Positions 47,046-55,125 of a DNA stretch of 64,000 nucleotides are shown piece by piece (position 1 is the first letter of the stretch; each line of letters starts with the position of its first letter). Under the pieces are notes generated by a model. That model ran no database searches. It was given only the letters and a program-made list of their open reading frames with translations, and had not been told where the DNA came from. The stretch is from Microgenomates group bacterium (lineage in GTDB: Bacteria > Patescibacteriota > Microgenomatia > PFEM01 > JBNASD01). The translations under genes were made by a program, and so were the position numbers. The stretch covers positions 1,622-65,621 of the forward strand of contig JBNASD010000002.1 of the NCBI GenBank assembly GCA_049720225.1. The letters are read 5' to 3'.

Positions 47046-47293
47046 CGCCTTTTGATAATTTTTTGAATTTTTTAATTAATTTTTTTCCCCAACTTAATTT
47101 TTGGGGGGTAATAAAAATTTTTGTGATTATTGCGTTTTTTTTGTATCTTGGTTTTGCGTTAATAATTGTTCGCCAAGTAGGGTTAATGAGTAAAACCTTA
47201 GATGGGGGGTTTAAAACTCAAATTAAAATTTTAAGCTGGATTCATTTAATTGCCGCTGTCTTGATGCTTTTTATTTGTTTTTGGATTTTATGA
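47042..47293 (+). CDS. Small two-TM membrane protein (DUF5657-like)
   Basis: YLGFALIIVRQVGLMSKTL. Confidence 0.7.
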   Translation: MTPFDNFLNFLINFFPQLNFWGVIKIFVIIAFFLYLGFALIIVRQVGLMSKTLDGGFKTQIKILSWIHLIAAVLMLFICFWIL

Positions 47294-49071
47294 AATTAGA
47301 AACTGCCAAGATTGTTGGTGTTGCTACTCCAATCTTTTGGTCTCAGGTTCATATTTTTTTTCCTACTGAAGAAGAAAAAATTAGTCGTCGTGGGCAGTTA
47401 ATTGCGGTAATAAGTATTGAAAAAACACAACAAGAGGGAGAAATTGCTTCTATTGGTAAAGAAATAATTGCTCGACTTCATGAAGAGTATTATGGTTGGT
47501 TAGAAAACTCTCCTTTTGCTCAGTTAAAACAAGCAGTAGAAAGAGTTTTTCAGGAAGCGAATGGCAATTTTAAAGTAGAAATTATTGCTGGAAGTTTGGT
47601 AAAAAATGTTCTTTGTTTAGCTTTTAGAGGAGAAGGAGAAGCTTATTTATTGCGAGAGGGAAAATTAGGGAAAATTTTAAAAGGAAATAGTTTAACAATA
47701 GAGACCGCCAGTGGTTTTGTTGAAAAGGGCGATATTCTTTTATTGGGGAGTAAAAAATTTTTTGAAATTATTCCCCGAAATACCATTGAATTAGCCTTGA
47801 AAGAAAATTCTCCTTTTCAAGCTTGCGAAATTTTAAGCCCATTAGTTTTAGGGGAAAAGGAAGGATTAGCGAGTGCGGTGGTAGGAAAAGTAATTCAAGA
47901 CGAAGAGGAAAAATTAGAAAAGCCAGAAGAGTCATTTTTAATTTCCAAAAAAAGAATAAATTTTCCTTTAATTTTTGGAAAAATCAAACAAAAAATCATT
48001 GCCGTTCCTAAAAAAGAAAAATCTTCTCAAAGTTTAATTACCGTAGCTTTAATTTTGTCCTTATTATTAGCGGTGGGAGTAATTTATGGAGGAAAAGAAA
48101 GAAAAAAGAAAGAAAGGGAAAAACAAATTAAAGAAATTCTTTCTCAGGTAGCAGTTAAAAAACAAGAGGGAGAATCCCTTTTAGTTTTAAATCCTTCTAA
48201 AGCGCGAGAAACTCTTAAAGAAGCAGAAAAACTTCTTGAAGAACTAGGAGAAATTCCTCCTGAATTGGCAAAGACAAAAGAAGAATTAAGATTTTCTTTA
48301 GAGGGGATTTTAAAAGAATATCAGCAAGAACCGGAACTTTTTTTTGATTTGGAATTAATTAAAAAAGAAGGGAAAGGAAAAGAGTTTCTTTTTACTCAGG
48401 GGAAGATTTTAGTTTTAGATCAAGAGAACGGAGCAATTTATCAAGTAGATAAGGAAAAAAGATCAACCATTTTGGTTAGTAGTGAAGAAATTAAAAAAGG
48501 AAAAAAATTGGCGGTTTTTAAAGAACAAGTTTTTCTTCTTACCTCCGAAGGGATTTATCGATTAGAAAAAGAAAGCTTGGAAAAATTAGTTGAAGTTGAT
48601 TCCGAAATAAAAGATTTTGCCATTTTTGCAGGAAATATTTATACTCTTGATTCTTCTTCGGTGTGGATTTATTCTTCGGTGGGGGAAGGTTTTTCGCCTA
48701 AAAGAAAGTGGTTAAATGAAGAAAGGGATTTTTCTTTAGCAACCCAAATGATAATTAATGGTTCAATTTGGATAGTAAATGGAGGAAAAATAGAAAAATA
48801 TTTTCGAGGAAAACAGGATATTTTTCGCCCCGAGGGATTGGACAAAAATTTTTCTTCCGAGTTATTATTAGCGGTAGGAGAAAAGGATAACTTTCTTTAT
48901 ATTTTGGACAAGGGACACTCTCGATTAGTCGTTCTTAATAAAAATGGCCAATATTATGCTCAATATCTGTTTAAAGGAGGAAACTTTAGTGACTTAACTT
49001 TAGACGAAGAAGGTAAAATGATTTTCCTTCTTCAAGAAAGCAAGATTTTTCAATTAAAATTAAAAGACTAA
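47290..49071 (+). CDS. Protein with degenerate PP2C-like domain, TM and extracellular beta-propeller
   Basis: GQLIAVI, AYLLREG, SGFVEKGDILLLGS; one TM; repeated IYTLD/LYILD/IWIV blades. Confidence 0.65.
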   Translation: MKLETAKIVGVATPIFWSQVHIFFPTEEEKISRRGQLIAVISIEKTQQEGEIASIGKEIIARLHEEYYGWLENSPFAQLKQAVERVFQEANGNFKVEIIAGSLVKNVLCLAFRGEGEAYLLREGKLGKILKGNSLTIETASGFVEKGDILLLGSKKFFEIIPRNTIELALKENSPFQACEILSPLVLGEKEGLASAVVGKVIQDEEEKLEKPEESFLISKKRINFPLIFGKIKQKIIAVPKKEKSSQSLITVALILSLLLAVGVIYGGKERKKKEREKQIKEILSQVAVKKQEGESLLVLNPSKARETLKEAEKLLEELGEIPPELAKTKEELRFSLEGILKEYQQEPELFFDLELIKKEGKGKEFLFTQGKILVLDQENGAIYQVDKEKRSTILVSSEEIKKGKKLAVFKEQVFLLTSEGIYRLEKESLEKLVEVDSEIKDFAIFAGNIYTLDSSSVWIYSSVGEGFSPKRKWLNEERDFSLATQMIINGSIWIVNGGKIEKYFRGKQDIFRPEGLDKNFSSELLLAVGEKDNFLYILDKGHSRLVVLNKNGQYYAQYLFKGGNFSDLTLDEEGKMIFLLQESKIFQLKLKD

Positions 49072-49072
49072 A

Positions 49073-49522
49073 ATGAAAATTATTAATCGTCGAGCGGTTT
49101 ATGATTACGAAATTTTGGAAAAACTTGAAGCAGGAATTGCTTTAACTGGTTCAGAGGTGAAATCAATTAAAACCGGCCACCTTGATTTAAATGAGGCTTT
49201 TATAAAGATTAAGGAAGGAGAAGCTTGGCTTTTTAACGCCCATATTTATCCTTATAAATTTGCTTTTTTAAAAGAAGAATATGACCCTCGGCGACCAAGA
49301 AAGTTGTTATTACATAAAAAGGAAATTTTAAAATTAGCCCAAAAAACAGCCTCTTCCGGTTTGACAATTATTCCTCTTTCTTGTTATACTAAAAACGGCA
49401 AAATTAAATTGGAAATTGCTTTAGCCAAGGGAAGAAAAAAATATCAAAAAAAGGAATTGTTGAAAAAAAGGGAAGTGGAGAAAGAAATTGAGGAAAGTTT
49501 AAGAAAAGACAAATGGGGATGA
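49073..49522 (+). CDS. smpB: SsrA-binding protein
   Basis: NRRAVYDY, EAGIALTGSEVKS, RKLLLHK, AKGRKKY. Confidence 0.97.
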   Translation: MKIINRRAVYDYEILEKLEAGIALTGSEVKSIKTGHLDLNEAFIKIKEGEAWLFNAHIYPYKFAFLKEEYDPRRPRKLLLHKKEILKLAQKTASSGLTIIPLSCYTKNGKIKLEIALAKGRKKYQKKELLKKREVEKEIEESLRKDKWG

Positions 49523-49864
49523 ATTGATTCGACGGAAAGGTACCTTAAAAACTGCAAGCCGAGGTGATGCTCCTCGTAAAAAGCATCAAAAAATAACTGC
49601 CGATAATTCCTATCGGTTCGCTTACGCTGCTTACGCATAAGCGACGGTAAATAAGTTTTCTCCCAACAAAACTTATTTACCGGGAACAACGTTGGGATGC
49701 GGTTTATCTGTTGGCGAGCAGATAAGCCTAAGTTTTTTTCGCCTTTGCCTTAACTTTCCGGCTACCAGGATCAGGTTAAGGCAAGAACTAAAAGGTAGCT
49801 AAGCTTGTAGATGTTTTTAAGTTACCTTTTCCGGACCCCGCTTCGCTGGCGGGCATCTCCACCA
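49515..49864 (+). ncRNA. ssrA: tmRNA; tag ORF 49599-49640 encodes (A)ADNSYRFAYAAYA*
   Basis: 5' GGGGATG...GATTCGAC pairs with 3' CATCTCC-ACCA including G3:U70; pk1-like region; ATAACT-GCC resume context; follows smpB. Confidence 0.93.
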
Positions 49865-50554
49865 GTGATAAATAATTTTCTTTTTCCCCGTCGTTGTTTA
49901 GGTTGTGGGGAAGAAGGAAGTTATTTTTGTTCTTCTTGTTTAAATTTAATTCCTGTTAAAAGTCAGCAGATTTGTCCTGTTTGTCAAAAATTATCTTTTG
50001 GAGGCAAAACTCATCCTTGGTGTGTTAGCGAATGGGGAATGAATGGCCTTACTTCAGGATTTTATTATCAGGGGATAATTAAAAAAGCGATTAAAAAAAT
50101 AAAATATCGGTTAGTTAGAGACTTAAGTGAGGAATTGATTAATCTTTTTTTAACGATAATTGGGGAAGAAAAAGAATTCAGGCATTTTTGTTTAGAAAAC
50201 CAGGTAATTCTTGTTCCCATTCCTCTTCATTTTTCGCGATTGCGTTGGCGAGGTTTTAATCAGGCAGAAGTTTTAGGAAGATTGGTGGCAAAAAATTTAG
50301 GGACTGATTTTTTGCCTGATTTGCTAATTCGGATAAAAAAAACTAAACCCCAGGCGGATTTAGATAAAAAAGAAAGAGAAAAAAATTTACGAAATGCTTT
50401 TGTTTTAAATAAAAAATGGCAAAAAGAAATAAAAGGAAAGGGAATTATTCTTTTTGATGATATTTGGACCACCGGAGCAACTTTAAAGGAAGCAACAAAA
50501 ACTTTAAAAAGAAATGGAGCAAGAAAAGTTTGGGGATTAACCCTTGCTGGATGA
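49865..50554 (+). CDS. comF: ComF family competence protein (double zinc ribbon + PRTase)
   Basis: FPRRCLGC...CSSC...CPVC, VPIPLH, RGFNQA, DDIWTTGATL; GTG at 49865 is the likely start. Confidence 0.93.
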   Translation: MINNFLFPRRCLGCGEEGSYFCSSCLNLIPVKSQQICPVCQKLSFGGKTHPWCVSEWGMNGLTSGFYYQGIIKKAIKKIKYRLVRDLSEELINLFLTIIGEEKEFRHFCLENQVILVPIPLHFSRLRWRGFNQAEVLGRLVAKNLGTDFLPDLLIRIKKTKPQADLDKKEREKNLRNAFVLNKKWQKEIKGKGIILFDDIWTTGATLKEATKTLKRNGARKVWGLTLAG

Positions 50555-50586
50555 AAAGGGTGGTCATTTTTTGTTAAAATAAACAC

Positions 50587-50672
50587 GGAGGCGTCGCATA
50601 GTGGTCCAGTGCGAGGGTTTGCTAAACCCTTGAGCCGCAAGGCTCACGTGGGTTCGAATCCCACCGCCTCCG
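50587..50672 (+). tRNA. tRNA-Ser(GCT)
   Basis: GGAGGCG/CGCCTCC acceptor, AGGGT-TTGCTAA-ACCCT, long variable arm. Confidence 0.95.
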
Positions 50673-50680
50673 CTTACAAC

Positions 50681-50764
50681 GGAGGGTTGGCAGAGCGGTC
50701 AAATGCGCGGGTCTTGAAAACCCGACCCCTTTGGGGTACGCAGGTTCGAATCCTGCACCCTCCG
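50681..50764 (+). tRNA. tRNA-Ser(TGA)
   Basis: GGAGGGT/ACCCTCC, CGGGT-CTTGAAA-ACCCG, long variable arm. Confidence 0.95.
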
Positions 50765-50772
50765 CTTAATTT

Positions 50773-51567
50773 ATGAACTTTTGGCAAATTATTATTTTAG
50801 GGGTAATTGAGGGGTTTACCGAATTTCTTCCCATTTCCTCAACTGCCCATTTAATTTTAACCACTAAAGTTCTTAATATTGGTTTTAGTGAGTTTGTAAA
50901 AAGCTTTGAAATTGCTATCCAGCTAGGAGCAATTTTAGGGGTGGTTTTTTTATATTGGAAAAAGATTATTTTTACCAAAAAGATAATTAAAAAAATAGTT
51001 ATCGCCTTTTTGCCAACCGCCTTTTTTGGAGCTTTTCTTTATAAATTATTTAAAAACTATTTGATGGAAAATCTATTAATTATTGTTTGGATGTTAGTTT
51101 TAGGAGGAGTCTTTTTAATTATTTTTGAATCCTGGTATAAAGAAAAGAAAGAAAGTATAAAAACAATTGAGGAAATTTCCAATAAAAATTGTTTTTTGGT
51201 TGGTATTTTTCAGTCATTGGCAATCATTCCCGGCGTCTCGCGAGCGGCGGCTACCATTTTAGGAGGATTATTTTTAGGAATAAGCAGAAAAACAATTGTT
51301 GAATTTTCTTTTCTTTTAGCTATTCCCACAATGTTAGGAGCAACTACTTATGATTTATTGCGGGTAGGGTTTACTTTTTCTTCTCAACAGTTTGTTCAAC
51401 TTTTGGCGGGATTTTTAATTTCTTGCTTGGTAGCGATAATCACCGTTAAGGGTTTTCTTAGATATATTCAGAAGCACGATTTTAGATTATTTGGTTTTTA
51501 CCGAATTGGATTGGGATTAATTTTTTATTTGTTGCTTGTATTTAATAAAATTATGTTTAATAATTAG
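50773..51567 (+). CDS. uppP: Undecaprenyl-diphosphatase BacA/UppP
   Basis: GVIEGFTEFLPISSTAHL, IQLGAIL, PGVSRAAAT, FSFLLAIP. Confidence 0.96.
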   Translation: MNFWQIIILGVIEGFTEFLPISSTAHLILTTKVLNIGFSEFVKSFEIAIQLGAILGVVFLYWKKIIFTKKIIKKIVIAFLPTAFFGAFLYKLFKNYLMENLLIIVWMLVLGGVFLIIFESWYKEKKESIKTIEEISNKNCFLVGIFQSLAIIPGVSRAAATILGGLFLGISRKTIVEFSFLLAIPTMLGATTYDLLRVGFTFSSQQFVQLLAGFLISCLVAIITVKGFLRYIQKHDFRLFGFYRIGLGLIFYLLLVFNKIMFNN

Positions 51568-51616
51568 TTAAGGTTTTTAAATTGAAATTTAAAGCCTTAA
51601 GTCTTAAAATAAAAAT

Positions 51617-52129
51617 ATGCCTGCCAATAAAAACAAAGAAAATAATTTAAAAGACAATCGCACTTTGAAAACTTTGTTAGAATGGGAAGCACCTTCAAGA
51701 ATTTTTAAACCAAAAAGTAAAGAATTTTTTTCGACAGTTTTAACTATTGGCGCCCTTTTTGTGGTGATTTTAGTTTTTTTAAAGGAATGGTTTTTAATTT
51801 TAACCATTATTAGTTTAATTTTTTTAGTTTTTGTTTTTTATAAAGTCCCTCCCCAAAAAGTGAAACATAAGATTACTAATCGGGGGGTGGTAAGCGGAGA
51901 AACACAATATCCGTGGGAAGATTTTGTCCGTTTTTGGATAGAAGAAAAAGATGGCCAAAAAATTTTGTATTTAGATCGAGTTCGTCCTCCTTATCGATTG
52001 ATGATGTTAATAGATTCTCCGAAAGAAGTAAAAGAAATTCTTCTTGATTATTTACCAGAAGAAAAACCCCAACCAACCTTTTTAGAAAAAGCCTCAAACT
52101 GGTTAAGTGAAAAATTTCCCTTAGAGTAA
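51617..52129 (+). CDS. Conserved membrane protein (two TMs + PH-like domain)
   Basis: LLEWEAPSR, two TMs, HKITNRGV, YPWEDFVRFW. Confidence 0.7.
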   Translation: MPANKNKENNLKDNRTLKTLLEWEAPSRIFKPKSKEFFSTVLTIGALFVVILVFLKEWFLILTIISLIFLVFVFYKVPPQKVKHKITNRGVVSGETQYPWEDFVRFWIEEKDGQKILYLDRVRPPYRLMMLIDSPKEVKEILLDYLPEEKPQPTFLEKASNWLSEKFPLE

Positions 52130-52132
52130 TAA

Positions 52133-52204
52133 GCTTCCGTAGCTTAACGGATAAAGCATCGGCCTGCGGAGCCGAAGATGCCAGTTCGACTCTGGCCGGA
52201 AGCA
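52133..52204 (+). tRNA. tRNA-Arg(GCG)
   Basis: GCTTCCG/CGGAAGC, TCGGC-CTGCGGA-GCCGA, GCCAG-TTCGACT-CTGGC. Confidence 0.92.
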
Positions 52205-52209
52205 CTAAC

Positions 52210-52297
52210 GGAGGGTTGGCAGAGCGGTCAAATGCGTTCGCCTCGAAAGCGAAAGGACTTTTGTCCTACGCAGGTTCGAATCCTGCACCCTCCGCCA
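52210..52297 (+). tRNA. tRNA-Ser(CGA)
   Basis: GGAGGGT/ACCCTCC-G-CCA, TTCGC-CTCGAAA-GCGAA. Confidence 0.95.
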
Positions 52298-52377
52298 AGC
52301 AAAAAACCTTAACCCTTTTCTAGGAGGTTTAAAAGTTGATTTTAGGAAAAAATTAAATTTTTTAAAAGAAGTTTGTG

Positions 52378-52449
52378 GCCTCTGTAGCTTAACGGATAAA
52401 GCATCGGCCTCCGGAGCCGAGAATGCCAGTTCGACTCTGGCCAGAGGCA
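52378..52449 (+). tRNA. tRNA-Arg(CCG)
   Basis: GCCTCTG/CAGAGGC, TCGGC-CTCCGGA-GCCGA. Confidence 0.94.
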
Positions 52450-52515
52450 CAATTAGAAAGAAAAAAAGAGAAGTATTTATAGCGGTGGCTAGTTTTATAG
52501 AGATAATCTAAATTT

Positions 52516-53250
52516 ATGAAGCTTATATTTAAAATTAATCCCCTCTATTTTATTGCCCACACTCTTTCCAGCATTACTAACGATAGATTTTCTTCAATTA
52601 AATATAAAAAAGACATTGTCAATTTTCAGAATTATGCTTGGAAAGAATCCAAAAATTGCTATGATTTATTGGCGGGAAGAATAACATTTCCTGAAAGGTT
52701 TACGGATAAAAAAATTATTAATGAGATTGGAAATGTTTCTTTATTTCTTGCTAAGCTTCAAAAATCAAAAGAATATCAAAAAATTTTCAAACAGACCCAA
52801 GAATATTTAAAACTTTGTCAAAAAAGGTGGGAGGAAAGTTACGAAACGACTTTTAAAATTATGAAAGAGTTGACCGGCTTAAAATTTAATAAAAGTTTTA
52901 TCGTTTATATTACCCACCCTAGCCTGAAAAACGGTTGTTATTTAGGAAAAAACCAAATAGCGTGGGGTCATAATGAGGATTGGCCAAATTATTCTGTAAT
53001 TTATTTATGGCATGAAATACTTCACTCTTACTTTTCAAATTCAGAACTAGATCATGCTCTTATATCGTTGGCTACTGACGAAGAATTAAGAGTTAGATTA
53101 AACGGAGGAAAATATCCACCTTTTATTTCTCATAAAGAACTGTTTCCTCTTATGAGAAAAATTCTGCCATTTTGGCGAGAATATTTAATCTCTAAAAAGA
53201 AAAATCTTTTTGGTTTTCGGAAAAAAATTAATAAAATAATAAAAATTTAG
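52516..53250 (+). CDS. Hypothetical protein with HExxH zincin-like motif
   Basis: YLWHEILHSYF, downstream HALI..ATDEEL. Confidence 0.6.
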   Translation: MKLIFKINPLYFIAHTLSSITNDRFSSIKYKKDIVNFQNYAWKESKNCYDLLAGRITFPERFTDKKIINEIGNVSLFLAKLQKSKEYQKIFKQTQEYLKLCQKRWEESYETTFKIMKELTGLKFNKSFIVYITHPSLKNGCYLGKNQIAWGHNEDWPNYSVIYLWHEILHSYFSNSELDHALISLATDEELRVRLNGGKYPPFISHKELFPLMRKILPFWREYLISKKKNLFGFRKKINKIIKI

Positions 53251-53272
53251 AGTGATTAATTTTCTGCGAAAG

Positions 53273-53659
53273 TTAAGAAGGAAGGCATTTCTGTTCGCAG
53301 TTAAAAAGTTTTTCTGGCTCTTCGGAGTATTTTTCTATACAAGCTTCAACGCAATTTTTACAATAAATAAATTCGTCACTTTCTACTAATTGGCATTTTC
53401 CTTCTTTTATTTCACAGGAAGCAAATTGCCGGCAACCATCGCCAATTTGGTATTCTAGACTACATACTTCAGGAATGTTAGGACCACATTTAATTTCTAA
53501 TCCATGGCAGTTTTCAATTCCGCACTTTTGACTACTTAATGGGGGAATATTTTGGGGAATTTTACTCGAAGAGTTTTTCTTTTGAAAAAGAATAATAAAC
53601 AAAAAAGAAAAGAATAAAAAAGAAAAAAGAAAAATAATAAATTTATTTTTAATTGGCAC
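53273..53659 (-). CDS. Membrane-anchored Cys-rich extracellular protein
   Basis: N-terminal TM, then CGIENCHGLEIKCG... with 12 Cys. Confidence 0.75.
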   Translation of the reverse strand: MPIKNKFIIFLFSFLFFSFLFIILFQKKNSSSKIPQNIPPLSSQKCGIENCHGLEIKCGPNIPEVCSLEYQIGDGCRQFASCEIKEGKCQLVESDEFIYCKNCVEACIEKYSEEPEKLFNCEQKCLPS

Positions 53660-53723
53660 TAAATAAAGTTTAAAAAATTAAAATTTTATTGTCAAGGATG
53701 ATAAAATAAAAGTTAAATTTTAA

Positions 53724-54182
53724 ATGAATTTTAAAAATAAAAAAATAAAAAGGGAATTTTCCGCCGGAGGAGTGGTTTTTCGTCAGGAGCCAGAAGGAAT
53801 CTTATGGTTAATAATTAGACCCAAGGGATCAAATCAATGGCGATTTCCTAAAGGAAAAATAGAAAAAGGAGAAAAAGCAGAACAAACTGCTTTAAGGGAG
53901 GTTAAGGAAGAAGGAGGAGTAGAGGCGGAAATTTTAAAAAAATTGTTGCCAATAAAATATTTTTATTTTCAAGATAATCAAAGAATTTTTAAGACGGTAG
54001 TTTTTTTCTTAATGAAGTATTTACAAGAAAGTAGTGAAATTTTAAGCTGGGAAACAGAGGAAATCGCTTGGTTACCGGAAGAAAAAGCCAAGGAAAGATT
54101 AGCTTTTGAAAACGAAAAAAAACTTTTGAGGGAAGCGGTTAAAGAATTAGAAAAAATGAAAAATGAAGGGTTTTTAAATTAG
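53724..54182 (+). CDS. NUDIX hydrolase (Ap4A hydrolase/MutT-like)
   Basis: SAGGVV, FPKGKIEKGEKAEQTALREVKEEGG Nudix box. Confidence 0.92.
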   Translation: MNFKNKKIKREFSAGGVVFRQEPEGILWLIIRPKGSNQWRFPKGKIEKGEKAEQTALREVKEEGGVEAEILKKLLPIKYFYFQDNQRIFKTVVFFLMKYLQESSEILSWETEEIAWLPEEKAKERLAFENEKKLLREAVKELEKMKNEGFLN

Positions 54183-54274
54183 GGTGGGGTGCCGGAGTGG
54201 ACGAACGGGCGCGCCTGGAGAGCGCGTGTCTGGCGTAGGCCGGACCGTGGGTTCGAATCCCACCTCCACCGCCA
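54183..54274 (+). tRNA. tRNA-Ser(GGA)
   Basis: GGTGGGG/CTCCACC-G-CCA, CGCGC-CTGGAGA-GCGCG, long variable arm. Confidence 0.95.
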
Positions 54275-54305
54275 ATTATTTTAAATTTTTAAAAGCTATT
54301 TTCTT

Positions 54306-55040
54306 ATGATTAAAAAGTTTTATTTCCAAAAATTGCTTTCTACTGATTTTTCCCAAATTAGAAAATTTTTTAAAGTTGATTTTTTAAATTCTTCTTTTGG
54401 TAATTTTCCCTTATTAAAATTTTCCCAAATAATTTCTAAAAATTATCCCTTGTTGGTGATAATGGCTGGTTGTCATGGAGAAGAAATTGCTTCAACTTTA
54501 TCTATTTTTGAAAATTATCGCTTAATTTCTGCTGAGGCAAGAAGGCATAAAGTTAATTTAATTATTTATCCTCTGGTAAATCCTTGGGGATTTTTTAAAA
54601 ATCAGCGTTATAATCAAGAGGGATTAAATTGTAATCGTGGTTGGATTCATCAAAAGATTAAAAAAGCTAAAGAAGTAAAAATAATTTTAAAAGACCTTAA
54701 AAAAATAAAACCACTTATTTTTGCTAGCCTTCATGAAGATAGCGAGGTAGAAAAAGAGTTTTTTCTTTATTCCTTTGGGGAAAGAAAATACGAGAAATTT
54801 TTAATTGAAGTAGGAAAAAAATACTTTCCTATTTTAAAAGACGGTTTTCAAGAAGGAGTAAGAGTGAAAGATGGAGTTGTTTTTAATGATCATGATGGTT
54901 TAGCAGAAGACTTTATGCACCATCGGGGATGTAAGTTTGCATGTTGTACAGAAACTCCTTTAAAACAATCGTTAATTAAAAGAAAAAAATGTAATCGTGA
55001 TTTAATATTAAAACTAATTGAACTTACTTCTGAAGGATAA
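54306..55040 (+). CDS. M14-family zinc carboxypeptidase / succinylglutamate desuccinylase-like
   Basis: AGCHGEE, PLVNPWG, RYN..GLNCNR, SLHED, TETP. Confidence 0.82.
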   Translation: MIKKFYFQKLLSTDFSQIRKFFKVDFLNSSFGNFPLLKFSQIISKNYPLLVIMAGCHGEEIASTLSIFENYRLISAEARRHKVNLIIYPLVNPWGFFKNQRYNQEGLNCNRGWIHQKIKKAKEVKIILKDLKKIKPLIFASLHEDSEVEKEFFLYSFGERKYEKFLIEVGKKYFPILKDGFQEGVRVKDGVVFNDHDGLAEDFMHHRGCKFACCTETPLKQSLIKRKKCNRDLILKLIELTSEG

Positions 55041-55053
55041 TTTTTCTACTTGC

Positions 55054-55086
55054 GCGGAAATTTTGCGGTAAATTTGCGGAGAAAAA
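55054..55086 (+). repeat. Three 11-bp-period direct repeats upstream of dnaG
   Basis: GCGGAAATTTT-GCGGTAAATTT-GCGGAGAAAAA. Confidence 0.6.
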
Positions 55087-55125
55087 TAAAAATTTAGGAA
55101 GGTCGTGGTAAAATTAAACTAATAA

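Noticed and set aside
49444-49864. Minus-strand ORF 49444-49689 and the 18-aa N-terminal extension of ComF from 49811
   Set aside because: Both overlap the tmRNA. ComF homology begins at GTG 49865.
51876-52450. Minus-strand ORFs of 109 aa and 81 aa with near-identical N-termini (ARVELA.SAP.ADALSVKL)
   Set aside because: They are antisense translations of the two similar tRNA-Arg genes, not a protein repeat.
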